32,000 nt of DNA from assembly GCF_002214165.1 (NCBI RefSeq), contig NZ_CP019964.1, forward strand, positions 480,001 to 512,000, written 5' to 3'. This document shows, one piece after another, positions 1 to 8,203 of this stretch. This DNA is from Candidatus Saccharimonadota bacterium (GTDB taxonomy: Archaea > Micrarchaeota > Micrarchaeia > Micrarchaeales > Micrarchaeaceae). The notes under the pieces were generated by a model that did not search any database, was not told the DNA's origin, and worked only from the letters and a program-made list of their open reading frames with translations. Numbering within the stretch: the stretch's first letter is position 1; each line of letters opens with the position of its first letter. The position numbers and the translations under genes were made by a program.

Positions 1-121
1 GCCTTAGCATGCTGGTTGAATTTGAAATCCTGTATATGTCCTTCAACAATTTAGAATCATGGTCATTGAAAGAGGTTATATCCAATGTATTCCTATAACT
101 ATTACGCGTTTTTGACACCAT
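1..121 (-). CDS. hypothetical protein, N-terminal fragment running off the window start
   Basis: Hand translation of the minus strand from the ATG (complement of 119-121) gives MVSKTRNSYRNTLDITSFNDHDSKLLKDIYRISNSTSMLR, open to position 1. AT-rich TATA-like AATTATATATATTT lies about 30-45 nt upstream on that strand. The ORF is too short for the ORF track. Confidence 0.25.
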   Translation of the reverse strand, partial: MVSKTRNSYRNTLDITSFNDHDSKLLKDIYRISNSTSMLR

Positions 122-235
122 CAAATCACGAATATATTTCCTTACCAAATATATATAATTTACCTAACCCGCTTGGGATTTCCTAAAAAATAAAAACATA
201 TTTAAAATTTACATACAACTTAATATGATGCTACT

Positions 236-1153
236 ATGTATGCAAACAAAGAGGTTCCGGATAAAGCTGCACTGGGGGTTGACAGCTATTTGGCGTTGCT
301 CAAATTGGATGCGGTAGGCAGTATAAAGGATTCAGAATTTGATTCAAAGGATAGGTCAAGCACCATTAGAAAGATGACTTCTATAATTAACTATCTCTCT
401 AATCCTGGCAGCTTAATGATGGCTAATTCAAATTCAAAATTAAGAAACAGCGAAATTTCACAGGCTTTGGAGAAGGGGCAAGCTGAATGCGAATTGACTT
501 ACCTGCTAAGGACTTCTAAAAGATGTGATCCAGATAGGGTATATTTTGACAATAGCCTCGAGTCTTATTTATATGATAATGCAGAGCTTCTTGACAGGAT
601 AATTTACAAGCTGATAAATGGCAGGAAGCTTACGGAGAAGGAGGAGATGTATTCGAAAGCTGACAACAATGCGTTGTCGGATATGGGTGTGTTCAGGCTT
701 GGAGACTCGTCATACCTTATGATCATGGACAATTACAGGGATTCCTTCCATCTGATTGAACTGTCAAGCGATGAAAGCATTCCGATAAATAGAATAATGG
801 ACAAAAAAGGCAATGTCATAGATATAACGCCTAAAAATTTGATAAACGTAGATATATCACCAGGATTGATATCGGTGAAATCCTATGACCTTGTAAGCTC
901 AAGCTTGGATAGAAAGCAGATCTTGGGGAAGTTTGACATTATAAAAAGCAAGTTCTTGCCTGGATGGAACGCTGCAAGCAACTACAGGTTGAACGTCAAT
1001 CATTACAATTCCAAATTGGGTGATAGCCAAATAATAAACCTGTCCTGCAATATATTTTATGACAACCTCACCAAAGACAGGTGGATAGCAGCGAAACTTA
1101 TAAAGTTTATAATGTTTCATGATAATATAGTATCTGGTGCTGAATACCAATGA
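236..1153 (+). CDS. hypothetical protein (305 aa), no recognisable motif
   Basis: Long ATG-initiated ORF. TATA-like CATATTTAAAATT lies about 30 nt upstream. No TM segments, signal peptide or catalytic motif seen. Confidence 0.6.
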   Translation: MYANKEVPDKAALGVDSYLALLKLDAVGSIKDSEFDSKDRSSTIRKMTSIINYLSNPGSLMMANSNSKLRNSEISQALEKGQAECELTYLLRTSKRCDPDRVYFDNSLESYLYDNAELLDRIIYKLINGRKLTEKEEMYSKADNNALSDMGVFRLGDSSYLMIMDNYRDSFHLIELSSDESIPINRIMDKKGNVIDITPKNLINVDISPGLISVKSYDLVSSSLDRKQILGKFDIIKSKFLPGWNAASNYRLNVNHYNSKLGDSQIINLSCNIFYDNLTKDRWIAAKLIKFIMFHDNIVSGAEYQ

Positions 1154-1213
1154 GAGTTATTTGAGGAATTGCAAATGATACTGGTTTGAAATTATTTATC
1201 GGAGTGATGGCAG

Positions 1214-1474
1214 ATGCTTATAGAGATGATTGTACTTTATGGGATTATTGTATTCGCAATCATATTTGGGCTTTATCTGCTGTTCAAGCTTGGCGGAATC
1301 ATATTGGGGCTTATCGCCAATACTATAATGGGATTGGCGTCAATATTCATAGTCAACTTCTTTTTCGGATTGGGGATAGCGATAAACCTGCTGACAATAG
1401 TTCTGGTCGCGATATTCGGGCTTCCCGCTGCTGCAATAATAATAATCTTGAAGATTATTGGCATATCTATATAA
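1214..1474 (+). CDS. small integral membrane protein, BofA-like (SigK-processing-regulator family fold)
   Basis: 86 aa and almost entirely hydrophobic. The C-terminal half, VNFFFGLGIAINLLTIVLVAIFGLPAAAIIIILK, resembles B. subtilis BofA VNMFGGSLGLHVPINLVTTAISGILGIPGIAALVVIK as I recall it. Confidence 0.6.
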   Translation: MLIEMIVLYGIIVFAIIFGLYLLFKLGGIILGLIANTIMGLASIFIVNFFFGLGIAINLLTIVLVAIFGLPAAAIIIILKIIGISI

Positions 1475-1507
1475 AATTTAAATATCTTGGTTGCAGATAC
1501 TATTTTT

Positions 1508-2359
1508 ATGGAAACTGGATGCTGCATCATATCTGGATACCACATAGAGAGGATACTCAAGAATGATGATGGAGAATTTGATTTAAGCCTGGACTTGGGG
1601 CTGACCCGTTCAAAAGTAATAAAATCTAACAATGCGGTAGAGCTTCCAGATGGGCAGAGAATTGGGATTGAACTGCTTAAAAAGATCAATAGGAGAAGGC
1701 AGCTTTCCGATTGCTTCATGATAAAGGACAGCTCTCTGCTCTTCATATACCTGTTTGATGGCAATTCGTCATACAAGCTATATGAGCCGGGAATTGACCT
1801 GTCCCCAACATTGTGGATAAACGGCAGTGTGATGCACATGATCTCGCATTCAATCCCAATCGAAGAATCAAGGATGAAGGTGAATCTGCTCGGCAAACTG
1901 CATGGCAATGTGCTTGACACCTGCTTCGGCCTTGGATACTCCTCTATTGAACTTTCAAAGAAGGGAGCGGATACAGTACACAGCTATGAGATATCAGAAA
2001 GCTCCTTGGAGATAGCCAAGGTTAATCCATGGTCAAGGGAGGCATTTTCAAATCCGAAGATAAAACTTGACAATATGGATGTTGCAAAGGGCTTGAGGTC
2101 ATCCAAGGATGAAGAGTACGATTTCATATTCCATGACCCGCCGAATATAAAGATGGGAGGGGACCTTTACTCCCTGGATTTCTACAAAGATCTTTTCAGA
2201 GCATTAAAGCCCAACGGCATACTTTACCACTTTATAGGAAGCGGAAGGGAGGAGGGCAAGCACAAATCGGATTATGTCAGGGGTGCAATGAGCAGGTTAA
2301 GGATGGCGGGGTTCAAGAAGATAAAAAGAAGCTATGCGGGAGTCATCGCATCCAAATGA
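1508..2359 (+). CDS. class I SAM-dependent methyltransferase with DPPN (D/N-PP-Y/F-like) motif
   Basis: Motif I is VLDTCFGLGYSSIELSKKG. Motif IV-like FIFHDPPN is typical of amino-group (N6-A / N2-G type) methyltransferases. The track ORF starts at TTG 1487; the first ATG is 1508 (METGCC...). Confidence 0.75.
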   Translation: METGCCIISGYHIERILKNDDGEFDLSLDLGLTRSKVIKSNNAVELPDGQRIGIELLKKINRRRQLSDCFMIKDSSLLFIYLFDGNSSYKLYEPGIDLSPTLWINGSVMHMISHSIPIEESRMKVNLLGKLHGNVLDTCFGLGYSSIELSKKGADTVHSYEISESSLEIAKVNPWSREAFSNPKIKLDNMDVAKGLRSSKDEEYDFIFHDPPNIKMGGDLYSLDFYKDLFRALKPNGILYHFIGSGREEGKHKSDYVRGAMSRLRMAGFKKIKRSYAGVIASK

Positions 2360-2438
2360 GCTTGATTTGCTTTTCGGATGCGAATCCGAAGTAAAATATA
2401 TTAAACTAAATTTCAAAAATGAATTGGCTGTTGATTTC

Positions 2439-3512
2439 ATGGAAAAGACAACTTTTGTTAAGGCTAAAAAGAACATTGCCGAAAATGTTCGCAGGCAGCT
2501 ATTGAAGTTATCGCTGCTCGACAACAGCTTTACCATACTTTCAGATTCCTCCTATATTTATTTCCCGTTAAAGGACCAAAACGGCATACAATCCCTAATG
2601 GGCGATTTCGGAGGCGAATTAAAAACAGTCAAAAAATTAGGCGTCAGGATCAATAGGCGAGCAGATGATTACAGATATGGATTGGGCAGCATATTGACCC
2701 AAAAGGAGCTCAAGGACTTCTCAAGCGGCTATGATGCCTTTGGCAACATCGCGGTGATAAGCTTGCCGGACAGCCTTGCGGAAAAGGAGAATGATATTGC
2801 AAAGATTATCCTGAATTCGAATAAGAACCTTACAACGATACTTAAAAAGGCAGGGCCGGTAAAGGGCGTATACAGGGTTAGGCCCGTCAAGTACCTATTA
2901 GGCAAGCGCACGTACATCGCTGATTACAAGGAAAACGGCTGCAGGTTCGTTTTCGATGTGAGAAGGGTGTTCTTTTCGACTAGGCTGGCGTACGAGAGGA
3001 ACAGGATATCCAATCTTGTCTCCCACGGGGAAACGGTAATGGTCCCTTTTGCCGGGATAGGCCCTTTTGCAATAGAGATAGCGAAGAAGCGCCCCGATGC
3101 GGATGTTGTTGCATTGGAGTTGAACAAATATGGCGTCTACTACATGAAGAAGAATATCAAGATAAACAAGGCAAACAACGTTGAGGCGGTTCTCGGTGAT
3201 TTCCACGAAGCGTCTAAAGGGTACAGGCTGATGTTTGACAGGATCATAATGCCTCTCCCCAAATCAAGCACGGTTTTTCTCGATGATGCAATTGCAGTGG
3301 CCAAGAGCACTGCAGTAATACATCTCTATGCTTTCTATGAAAAAGACAGGATAAACGAGCTGAAGGATGAAATAATCGAACATGGGAAAGCAAACAAGTA
3401 CAAGGTAACCTTCCTTTTCGAGAGAGTCGTTAGGACTTATTCGAAGAGCATGATCGAAGTTGTCCTCGATTACCGCATCGAGAAGCAGAACACTGTTTGG
3501 GCGATGCAGTAG
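2439..3512 (+). CDS. trm5: tRNA (guanine37-N1)-methyltransferase, Trm5/Met-10 family
   Basis: The SAM motif VMVPFAGIGPFAIEIAK and DRIIMPLPKSS...AVIHLYAF match the archaeal Trm5 pattern (RVIMNLP...IHYY). The track ORF (2334) overlaps the previous gene; ATG 2439 (MEKTTF) lies downstream of that gene's stop. Confidence 0.8.
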   Translation: MEKTTFVKAKKNIAENVRRQLLKLSLLDNSFTILSDSSYIYFPLKDQNGIQSLMGDFGGELKTVKKLGVRINRRADDYRYGLGSILTQKELKDFSSGYDAFGNIAVISLPDSLAEKENDIAKIILNSNKNLTTILKKAGPVKGVYRVRPVKYLLGKRTYIADYKENGCRFVFDVRRVFFSTRLAYERNRISNLVSHGETVMVPFAGIGPFAIEIAKKRPDADVVALELNKYGVYYMKKNIKINKANNVEAVLGDFHEASKGYRLMFDRIIMPLPKSSTVFLDDAIAVAKSTAVIHLYAFYEKDRINELKDEIIEHGKANKYKVTFLFERVVRTYSKSMIEVVLDYRIEKQNTVWAMQ

Positions 3513-3577
3513 CATCGCAATGATCTTTGAATTGATTTTAGTTTTGCATTTAATAATTTAACAAAGTGAGCGGGAAA

Positions 3578-3600
3578 TCCCACACGCTTTAGCGGTGGGA
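3578..3600 (+). repeat. left-end subterminal hairpin of the IS element
   Basis: TCCCACACGC-TTTA-GCGGTGGGA is an imperfect palindrome with one bulged base. It is the counterpart of the right-end hairpin. Confidence 0.7.
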
Positions 3601-3670
3601 TGAAAGTGAACCACAGATATAAGAATATAAAAGTTTCGATGAATAAATAAACAAACGAGAAAGGGATATA

Positions 3671-4918
3671 ATGGAAATTATAAGTGCCTACAAGTTCAGG
3701 ATCTACCCTGACGCAAAAAGGCAAAAAGAGATAGACCTGCAACTTTTGCTTTCAAAAGAATTCTACAACCTGCTTCTTGAAAAGTCGATAAAATCATATA
3801 AAGGAGGTAACAAGAAGCTTTCAATGTCAACCCTGAACAAGTTTGCCAAGGAGATAGAGAAGGACAAGAGATTCCTTCAAATATACTCACAGGTGCGTTG
3901 CGAAATAAAATATCGTGTCTTGAAGGCATACAAGAATTTCTTCAGAAGGATAAATGAAAAGAAGCAGGGCAAGAAAGTGAAGGCGGGCTTTCCCCGTTTC
4001 AAATCAAAAGACAGGTATTACAGCATAACCTACCCGCAAGACAACGGCTCTTTCAGTATAAAAAAGAAAGGCAAAAAGCACATGCTCAGGGTTTCCAAAC
4101 TGAGTGGAAGAATAGAAATAGAGTTGCACAGACCAATAGAAGGCAAAATAAAAACACTTACAATAAAGAAAAAGGCTGAAGAATATTTTGCAATCTTTAC
4201 CACAATCACAGAGACTGAACCTCCAAAAATTGAAGACACGAATCCTGTCGGTATAGATATGGGTTTGCATTCTTTTGTTACAACTTCTGACGGCATGAAG
4301 ACGGAGAAGCCAAAGTTTGTGAGAAAACATGTGAAGCACATTGCGAGATGGCAAAGAAAAATTGCGAGAAGGGAAAAAGGCTCTGAAAGAAGAGAGAAGG
4401 CAAAGCAGCATTTGCAAAATGAATGGGAACATGTTGCAGAGCAATCCAATGACTTCGCTCACAAACTTTCTAGTAAATTAGTAAATTCGGGATATACCTC
4501 ATTTGCAGTAGAAGGCCTTCATATTCAAAATATGGTAAAAAATCACAATCTTGCACAGTCAATTTATAATGCTTCATGGAACAGGTTCATCCAAATGCTC
4601 TCATACAAGGCTGAAAGTGCTGGTATGAAGGTAATAAAGGTAGACGCAAAAGATACGACACAGGAATGTAGCAACTGCCATCATATAAAGGAAGGCAATG
4701 AAAGACTGACATTAGGGGACAGAATATACCACTGTAATGTCTGTGGACTGACAATAGACAGGGATATAAACGCGTCAATAAACATACTCAAAAGAGCTAC
4801 CCTCGGACAGAGGGGAAGTCACGCTCAGAGAGAGGGTGTAAGACCTCAAATGGAGGCAGTTCTCGAGGAACTGAGAACCGCTAAAACACATCCTTTGCAG
4901 GATGCAGTGACTGCATGA
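3671..4918 (+). CDS. tnpB: TnpB / OrfB RNA-guided endonuclease (IS200/IS605 accessory protein)
   Basis: The N-terminus YKFRIYP is typical of the family. RuvC-like residues are present in GIDMGL, FAVEGL and DRDINASINIL. The zinc ribbon is CSNCHH...CNVCG. Confidence 0.9.
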   Translation: MEIISAYKFRIYPDAKRQKEIDLQLLLSKEFYNLLLEKSIKSYKGGNKKLSMSTLNKFAKEIEKDKRFLQIYSQVRCEIKYRVLKAYKNFFRRINEKKQGKKVKAGFPRFKSKDRYYSITYPQDNGSFSIKKKGKKHMLRVSKLSGRIEIELHRPIEGKIKTLTIKKKAEEYFAIFTTITETEPPKIEDTNPVGIDMGLHSFVTTSDGMKTEKPKFVRKHVKHIARWQRKIARREKGSERREKAKQHLQNEWEHVAEQSNDFAHKLSSKLVNSGYTSFAVEGLHIQNMVKNHNLAQSIYNASWNRFIQMLSYKAESAGMKVIKVDAKDTTQECSNCHHIKEGNERLTLGDRIYHCNVCGLTIDRDINASINILKRATLGQRGSHAQREGVRPQMEAVLEELRTAKTHPLQDAVTA

Positions 4919-4975
4919 ATGCGAAGGAAGCCCACACCGTTTACGGGTGGGAGGATGTCACCAGTTTAATATTTG
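4790..4975 (+). ncRNA. putative TnpB guide RNA (omega-RNA / reRNA) overlapping the tnpB 3' end and the right end
   Basis: By analogy with characterised TnpB systems, the scaffold is encoded by the ORF 3' end plus the right-end hairpin (4931-4951). The extent is not determinable from sequence alone. Confidence 0.35.
4931..4951 (+). repeat. right-end subterminal hairpin of the IS element
   Basis: CCCACACCG-TTTA-CGGGTGGG has the same stem core and TTTA loop as the left-end hairpin. The following GGATGTCACCAG resembles GAAAGTGAACCACAG after the left hairpin. Confidence 0.7.
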
Positions 4976-4987
4976 TGGGATAAGAGG

Positions 4988-5806
4988 ATGTTCATGGACG
5001 GGATTGGTGGATTGGATCTGGGTTATGGCAATAAAAAATCCATAAACCTGGTTACCGATCTAAACGGCACAATAGGAAATGGCACTTTGACTGGTGAGAA
5101 TGCCGATGCCTTCCAGAGGCTTGTCAATCGTGGTATAAACGTAATACCTGCAACCAGCTACTCGCTTGCTTCGGCTTTTGAAACCTATTTTTCACGGCTT
5201 TCCGTAAAGCCTAATATATTGATAGTTGAAAGGGGAAATGCGATAGCTGTTGAAAGGGGGAACGCAAACATAATATCAAGGTTTGCCAAGGCCGGCTTTC
5301 GGAATGAGAGGGCTGACGAATACGGATACATCGAATATGTGTTTGGCGATGACAATGAGGAGCTTTCAAGAAAGGTGCTTGATGTGTCAAAGGAGCTTGG
5401 CATATCTATTGGGATAGCTCCAATGTATGGGTGCTCAGCCGCAATCAAGATAATGTTCGATGAAAATAAAACTTCCTCACGCCAGTTGGAGGATAGGATG
5501 GATAAGCTTGGGATATCAATGCACCGTAATGGGCAGGGAACCGCAACCTTGGTAGATGACAGGTTCAACAAATGGACAAGCTACCTAGAGCTAGTCTCCA
5601 AGGGCATTATAGATGACGGATTTCTTATAGGGATAGGGAATGACCTGAACGATGTTCAGCTGCTCAACCACTCTGACATATCAATTCTTGTTGGCAGGAA
5701 GATAAATCCTTCAAGGCTGGCAAAGGAAGCATCGTACAAATTTGAAGGGCCTTGGGAATGGCACAAAGTTGAAAGCATAATTGAAAGGTTATTGCACAAT
5801 AAATAA
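4988..5806 (+). CDS. HAD-superfamily hydrolase, Cof/IIB-like
   Basis: Motif I-like LVTDLNGTI and motif IV GIGNDLNDVQLL. ATG starts are at 4988 and 4994; the track start at 4973 is TTG. Confidence 0.7.
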   Translation: MFMDGIGGLDLGYGNKKSINLVTDLNGTIGNGTLTGENADAFQRLVNRGINVIPATSYSLASAFETYFSRLSVKPNILIVERGNAIAVERGNANIISRFAKAGFRNERADEYGYIEYVFGDDNEELSRKVLDVSKELGISIGIAPMYGCSAAIKIMFDENKTSSRQLEDRMDKLGISMHRNGQGTATLVDDRFNKWTSYLELVSKGIIDDGFLIGIGNDLNDVQLLNHSDISILVGRKINPSRLAKEASYKFEGPWEWHKVESIIERLLHNK

Positions 5807-5820
5807 AAACAAATGATCTG

Positions 5821-6858
5821 ATGGAACCTAAAATATCTGTTATAATAAGCTCTTACAATCGTAAGGAGTTCATACGTGCGGCTGTCCAATCCGTGATGGA
5901 CCAGACACTTCGGAAGGATCTTTATGAGATAATTGTAGTAAAAAATTTCATTGACGGCGAGATAGATTCCTTCCTTCAGCAAAATAATGTGAAAAACCTT
6001 TATTACAGCCCGGATATTGCCAGAGGGGCAGGTACAAAGGCGGTGAAGGGGATAAAGGCCTCCAAGGGTGATGTGATATGCTTTTTGGATGACGATGACG
6101 TTTTCTCGAATGACAAGCTTGAGGAGGTATACAAGCTTTTCGCAGATGGCAGGATAGGGTTTTATCACAACGGGCATAAAATTTACTACTCTGGAAAAGC
6201 GATAGATGGTACTTGGGCGGACTCCGGAAATTATTACTTAACAGGAAAAGAGGCATTCACAGATGAGGATATTAAATTTTTGGCAAAGCATCAATTCTGG
6301 TTCAATAGCAGTTCAATATCTATGAGAAAGGGTATAATAGATCTTGAACTTCTAGGGAAGGTGAATTTCACTATTGATTATTACCTTGCATTTATGGGGA
6401 TAAACTCCAATATGGATGCGGTTTTTGATTACATGCCATTGACCCTTTATGGGGTCCATAATAGCAATGGAAGCAAGAGCTCAACCGAGGACTTCAAGAA
6501 ATTCTGCGATTCGCATAATGCTTACAATTCATCGCGCATAGATGACCATATTGCATTGTTTGATTACTTTAAAGGGAAAAAGGTTGGATTGCTGCTAGGC
6601 AAGTATTTTTTCAAGAAGAAGCTTGGATACCTGCTATTTTCTTCCAGAGGCAATGCTGCCAAGATTGACTATATCAAAACATCGTTTGACCTGCTCAAAT
6701 CCGACATTAAGCTCAAAATGTACGGTGACATCGCTGAAGCCATTGGCGGGTGCACACTTTTCCTGATAAGCCCCAACTCATTGAGAAGGAGGCTTTACAA
6801 GATGTATCTTAAAAATGAGGAAGAAAGAGAAAGGTTATTGGAAAGGCGGCAAGGTTAA
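5821..6858 (+). CDS. family 2 glycosyltransferase
   Basis: ISVIISSYNRKEFIRAAVQSVMDQT and FLDDDD are the GT-A fold signature and DxD-type acidic motif. Confidence 0.85.
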   Translation: MEPKISVIISSYNRKEFIRAAVQSVMDQTLRKDLYEIIVVKNFIDGEIDSFLQQNNVKNLYYSPDIARGAGTKAVKGIKASKGDVICFLDDDDVFSNDKLEEVYKLFADGRIGFYHNGHKIYYSGKAIDGTWADSGNYYLTGKEAFTDEDIKFLAKHQFWFNSSSISMRKGIIDLELLGKVNFTIDYYLAFMGINSNMDAVFDYMPLTLYGVHNSNGSKSSTEDFKKFCDSHNAYNSSRIDDHIALFDYFKGKKVGLLLGKYFFKKKLGYLLFSSRGNAAKIDYIKTSFDLLKSDIKLKMYGDIAEAIGGCTLFLISPNSLRRRLYKMYLKNEEERERLLERRQG

Positions 6859-6866
6859 TCCATAGC

Positions 6867-7433
6867 CTATTTCTTGTAATACTCGTGGAACTTGTAGAGC
6901 CTGTATTTTATCTCTTCCATATCCCCTGGAGTTATCCCTTCAAAAAATTTCTCCGCCAGTGCCATCGACTTCTTTTCATGCTCCTGCAGCTCGTTGTCTA
7001 AATCTTCATCGTGGTAATCAAAGCAGTGGTCAAAATTCATCTTGTACTTATCCCCGAAAGTCATCTCGAAGATGTATTTTGACCTTTTCATGTGCCAGCA
7101 TGATGTCACTATATACACGGTCGATATTCCGCTCAGCCCATTGAGTTTAAGCATTGAGAAGTATGCATTTCCTATCGTGTCGAGCGCCGATTCCTCCTTT
7201 ATTATCTTGTCGTTTGGCACGCCTATCGAAACGAGATAGTTTTCCATTATCTCCGCCTCCGACATATTTATGGAGGGGTTTGTAGTGCCTCCTGAAACGA
7301 TTACCTGGCTTATAGACCCGTTCTTGAACAGATCCTGTGCGACTGATAGCCTTCCTTTGAGCTCATCGTCTATATCACTGTCGGAATACTGCTTTGATCC
7401 AAGGACTACAGCAATTTTAGATCCTGCCTGCAT
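6867..7433 (-). CDS. YdcF/DUF218 (ElyC/SanA-like) family protein
   Basis: IAVVLGS...VIVSGG...SEAEIMENYL...DTIGNAYFS...VYIVTSCWHMKRS follows the DUF218 layout. Confidence 0.7.
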   Translation of the reverse strand: MQAGSKIAVVLGSKQYSDSDIDDELKGRLSVAQDLFKNGSISQVIVSGGTTNPSINMSEAEIMENYLVSIGVPNDKIIKEESALDTIGNAYFSMLKLNGLSGISTVYIVTSCWHMKRSKYIFEMTFGDKYKMNFDHCFDYHDEDLDNELQEHEKKSMALAEKFFEGITPGDMEEIKYRLYKFHEYYKK

Positions 7434-7618
7434 ATTAATCGGTTTATTTATTCATGTAAAAGGATTTATTTTTTGCTTTATTGTTCATTATAGCAATTTA
7501 CATTCCTTTGTCTCTCGTTTATGGCAAAAGGATTACTGGTTTTATCTTTTGATCCTCATAGGTTTATAGTAAGATTGTGGATACCAATTTATACCGAACT
7601 GCATAAAAATACTACTGT

Positions 7619-8164
7619 ATGAGGGCTTTTATCTCTATTGATATTCCAGATGAGGCAGCAGGGGGCATAACTGAATTCCAGAGCGGTATGCGGAAACAGC
7701 TGGGCGTAAGCTTTGCTGCAGCGGATAAACTCCATATAACAATGATGTTCTTCCCCGACCTTGACAGCAACGGATTGGCAAGCTTGGCGTCAAATTTTTC
7801 AATGCTGAAGTTCAACAGATTCAAGGTTTCATTGAATGGCGTGGGCCTGTTCACTCCAAGAATCCCGAGGGTGCTTTATATAGGTGCTTCATCAGAGCAT
7901 GGGGAAATGCAGCAGCTTTATAAGATGATGCATTCGCTGGCATTGGATAAAGGCATCAATTTCGATGAAAAAAGATTTGTCCCGCACCTTACAATTGGAA
8001 GGATAAAGGGGCATGTAAACAGGATAAAGCTCCTCAATGCGATAAAGAGGTTTGAAGGATACGATTTTGGTTCGTTCATTTGCAGCGGATTCTCGATAAA
8101 AGAGAGCACGTTCGTAGACAGGTCCACCGAATACAAGGACCTGTTCACCAAAAAGCTTGATTGA
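7619..8164 (+). CDS. thpR: RNA 2',3'-cyclic phosphodiesterase (2H phosphoesterase, ThpR/LigT family)
   Basis: Two H-x-T motifs at the expected spacing: KLHITMMF and VPHLTIGRI. The 181-aa size fits the family. Confidence 0.8.
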   Translation: MRAFISIDIPDEAAGGITEFQSGMRKQLGVSFAAADKLHITMMFFPDLDSNGLASLASNFSMLKFNRFKVSLNGVGLFTPRIPRVLYIGASSEHGEMQQLYKMMHSLALDKGINFDEKRFVPHLTIGRIKGHVNRIKLLNAIKRFEGYDFGSFICSGFSIKESTFVDRSTEYKDLFTKKLD

Positions 8165-8203
8165 GGGATCCTGAAAGAATTCGCATTCGCGTGGTATTTG
8201 CTG

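Larger units (their letters stand above)
3560..4970 (+). mobile_element. IS200/IS605-family element of the tnpB-only (IS1341-like) type; boundaries approximate
   Basis: A single TnpB ORF is flanked by two closely related subterminal hairpins (3578-3600 and 4931-4951). No tnpA (Y1 transposase) ORF lies inside or next to it. Confidence 0.8.

Noticed and set aside
1186-1566. 126-aa ORF overlapping the BofA-like ORF in another frame.
   Set aside because: It is rich in Trp, Cys, Asn and Arg with no recognisable features, and it runs across the stop of 1214-1474 and the start of the methyltransferase. The hydrophobic 86-aa frame gives a coherent membrane protein.
2334-2438. Upstream extension of the Trm5-like ORF.
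   Set aside because: It overlaps the end of the preceding methyltransferase gene, and the extension (MRESSHPNELDLLFGCESEV...) has no Trm5 counterpart. ATG 2439 follows the upstream stop.
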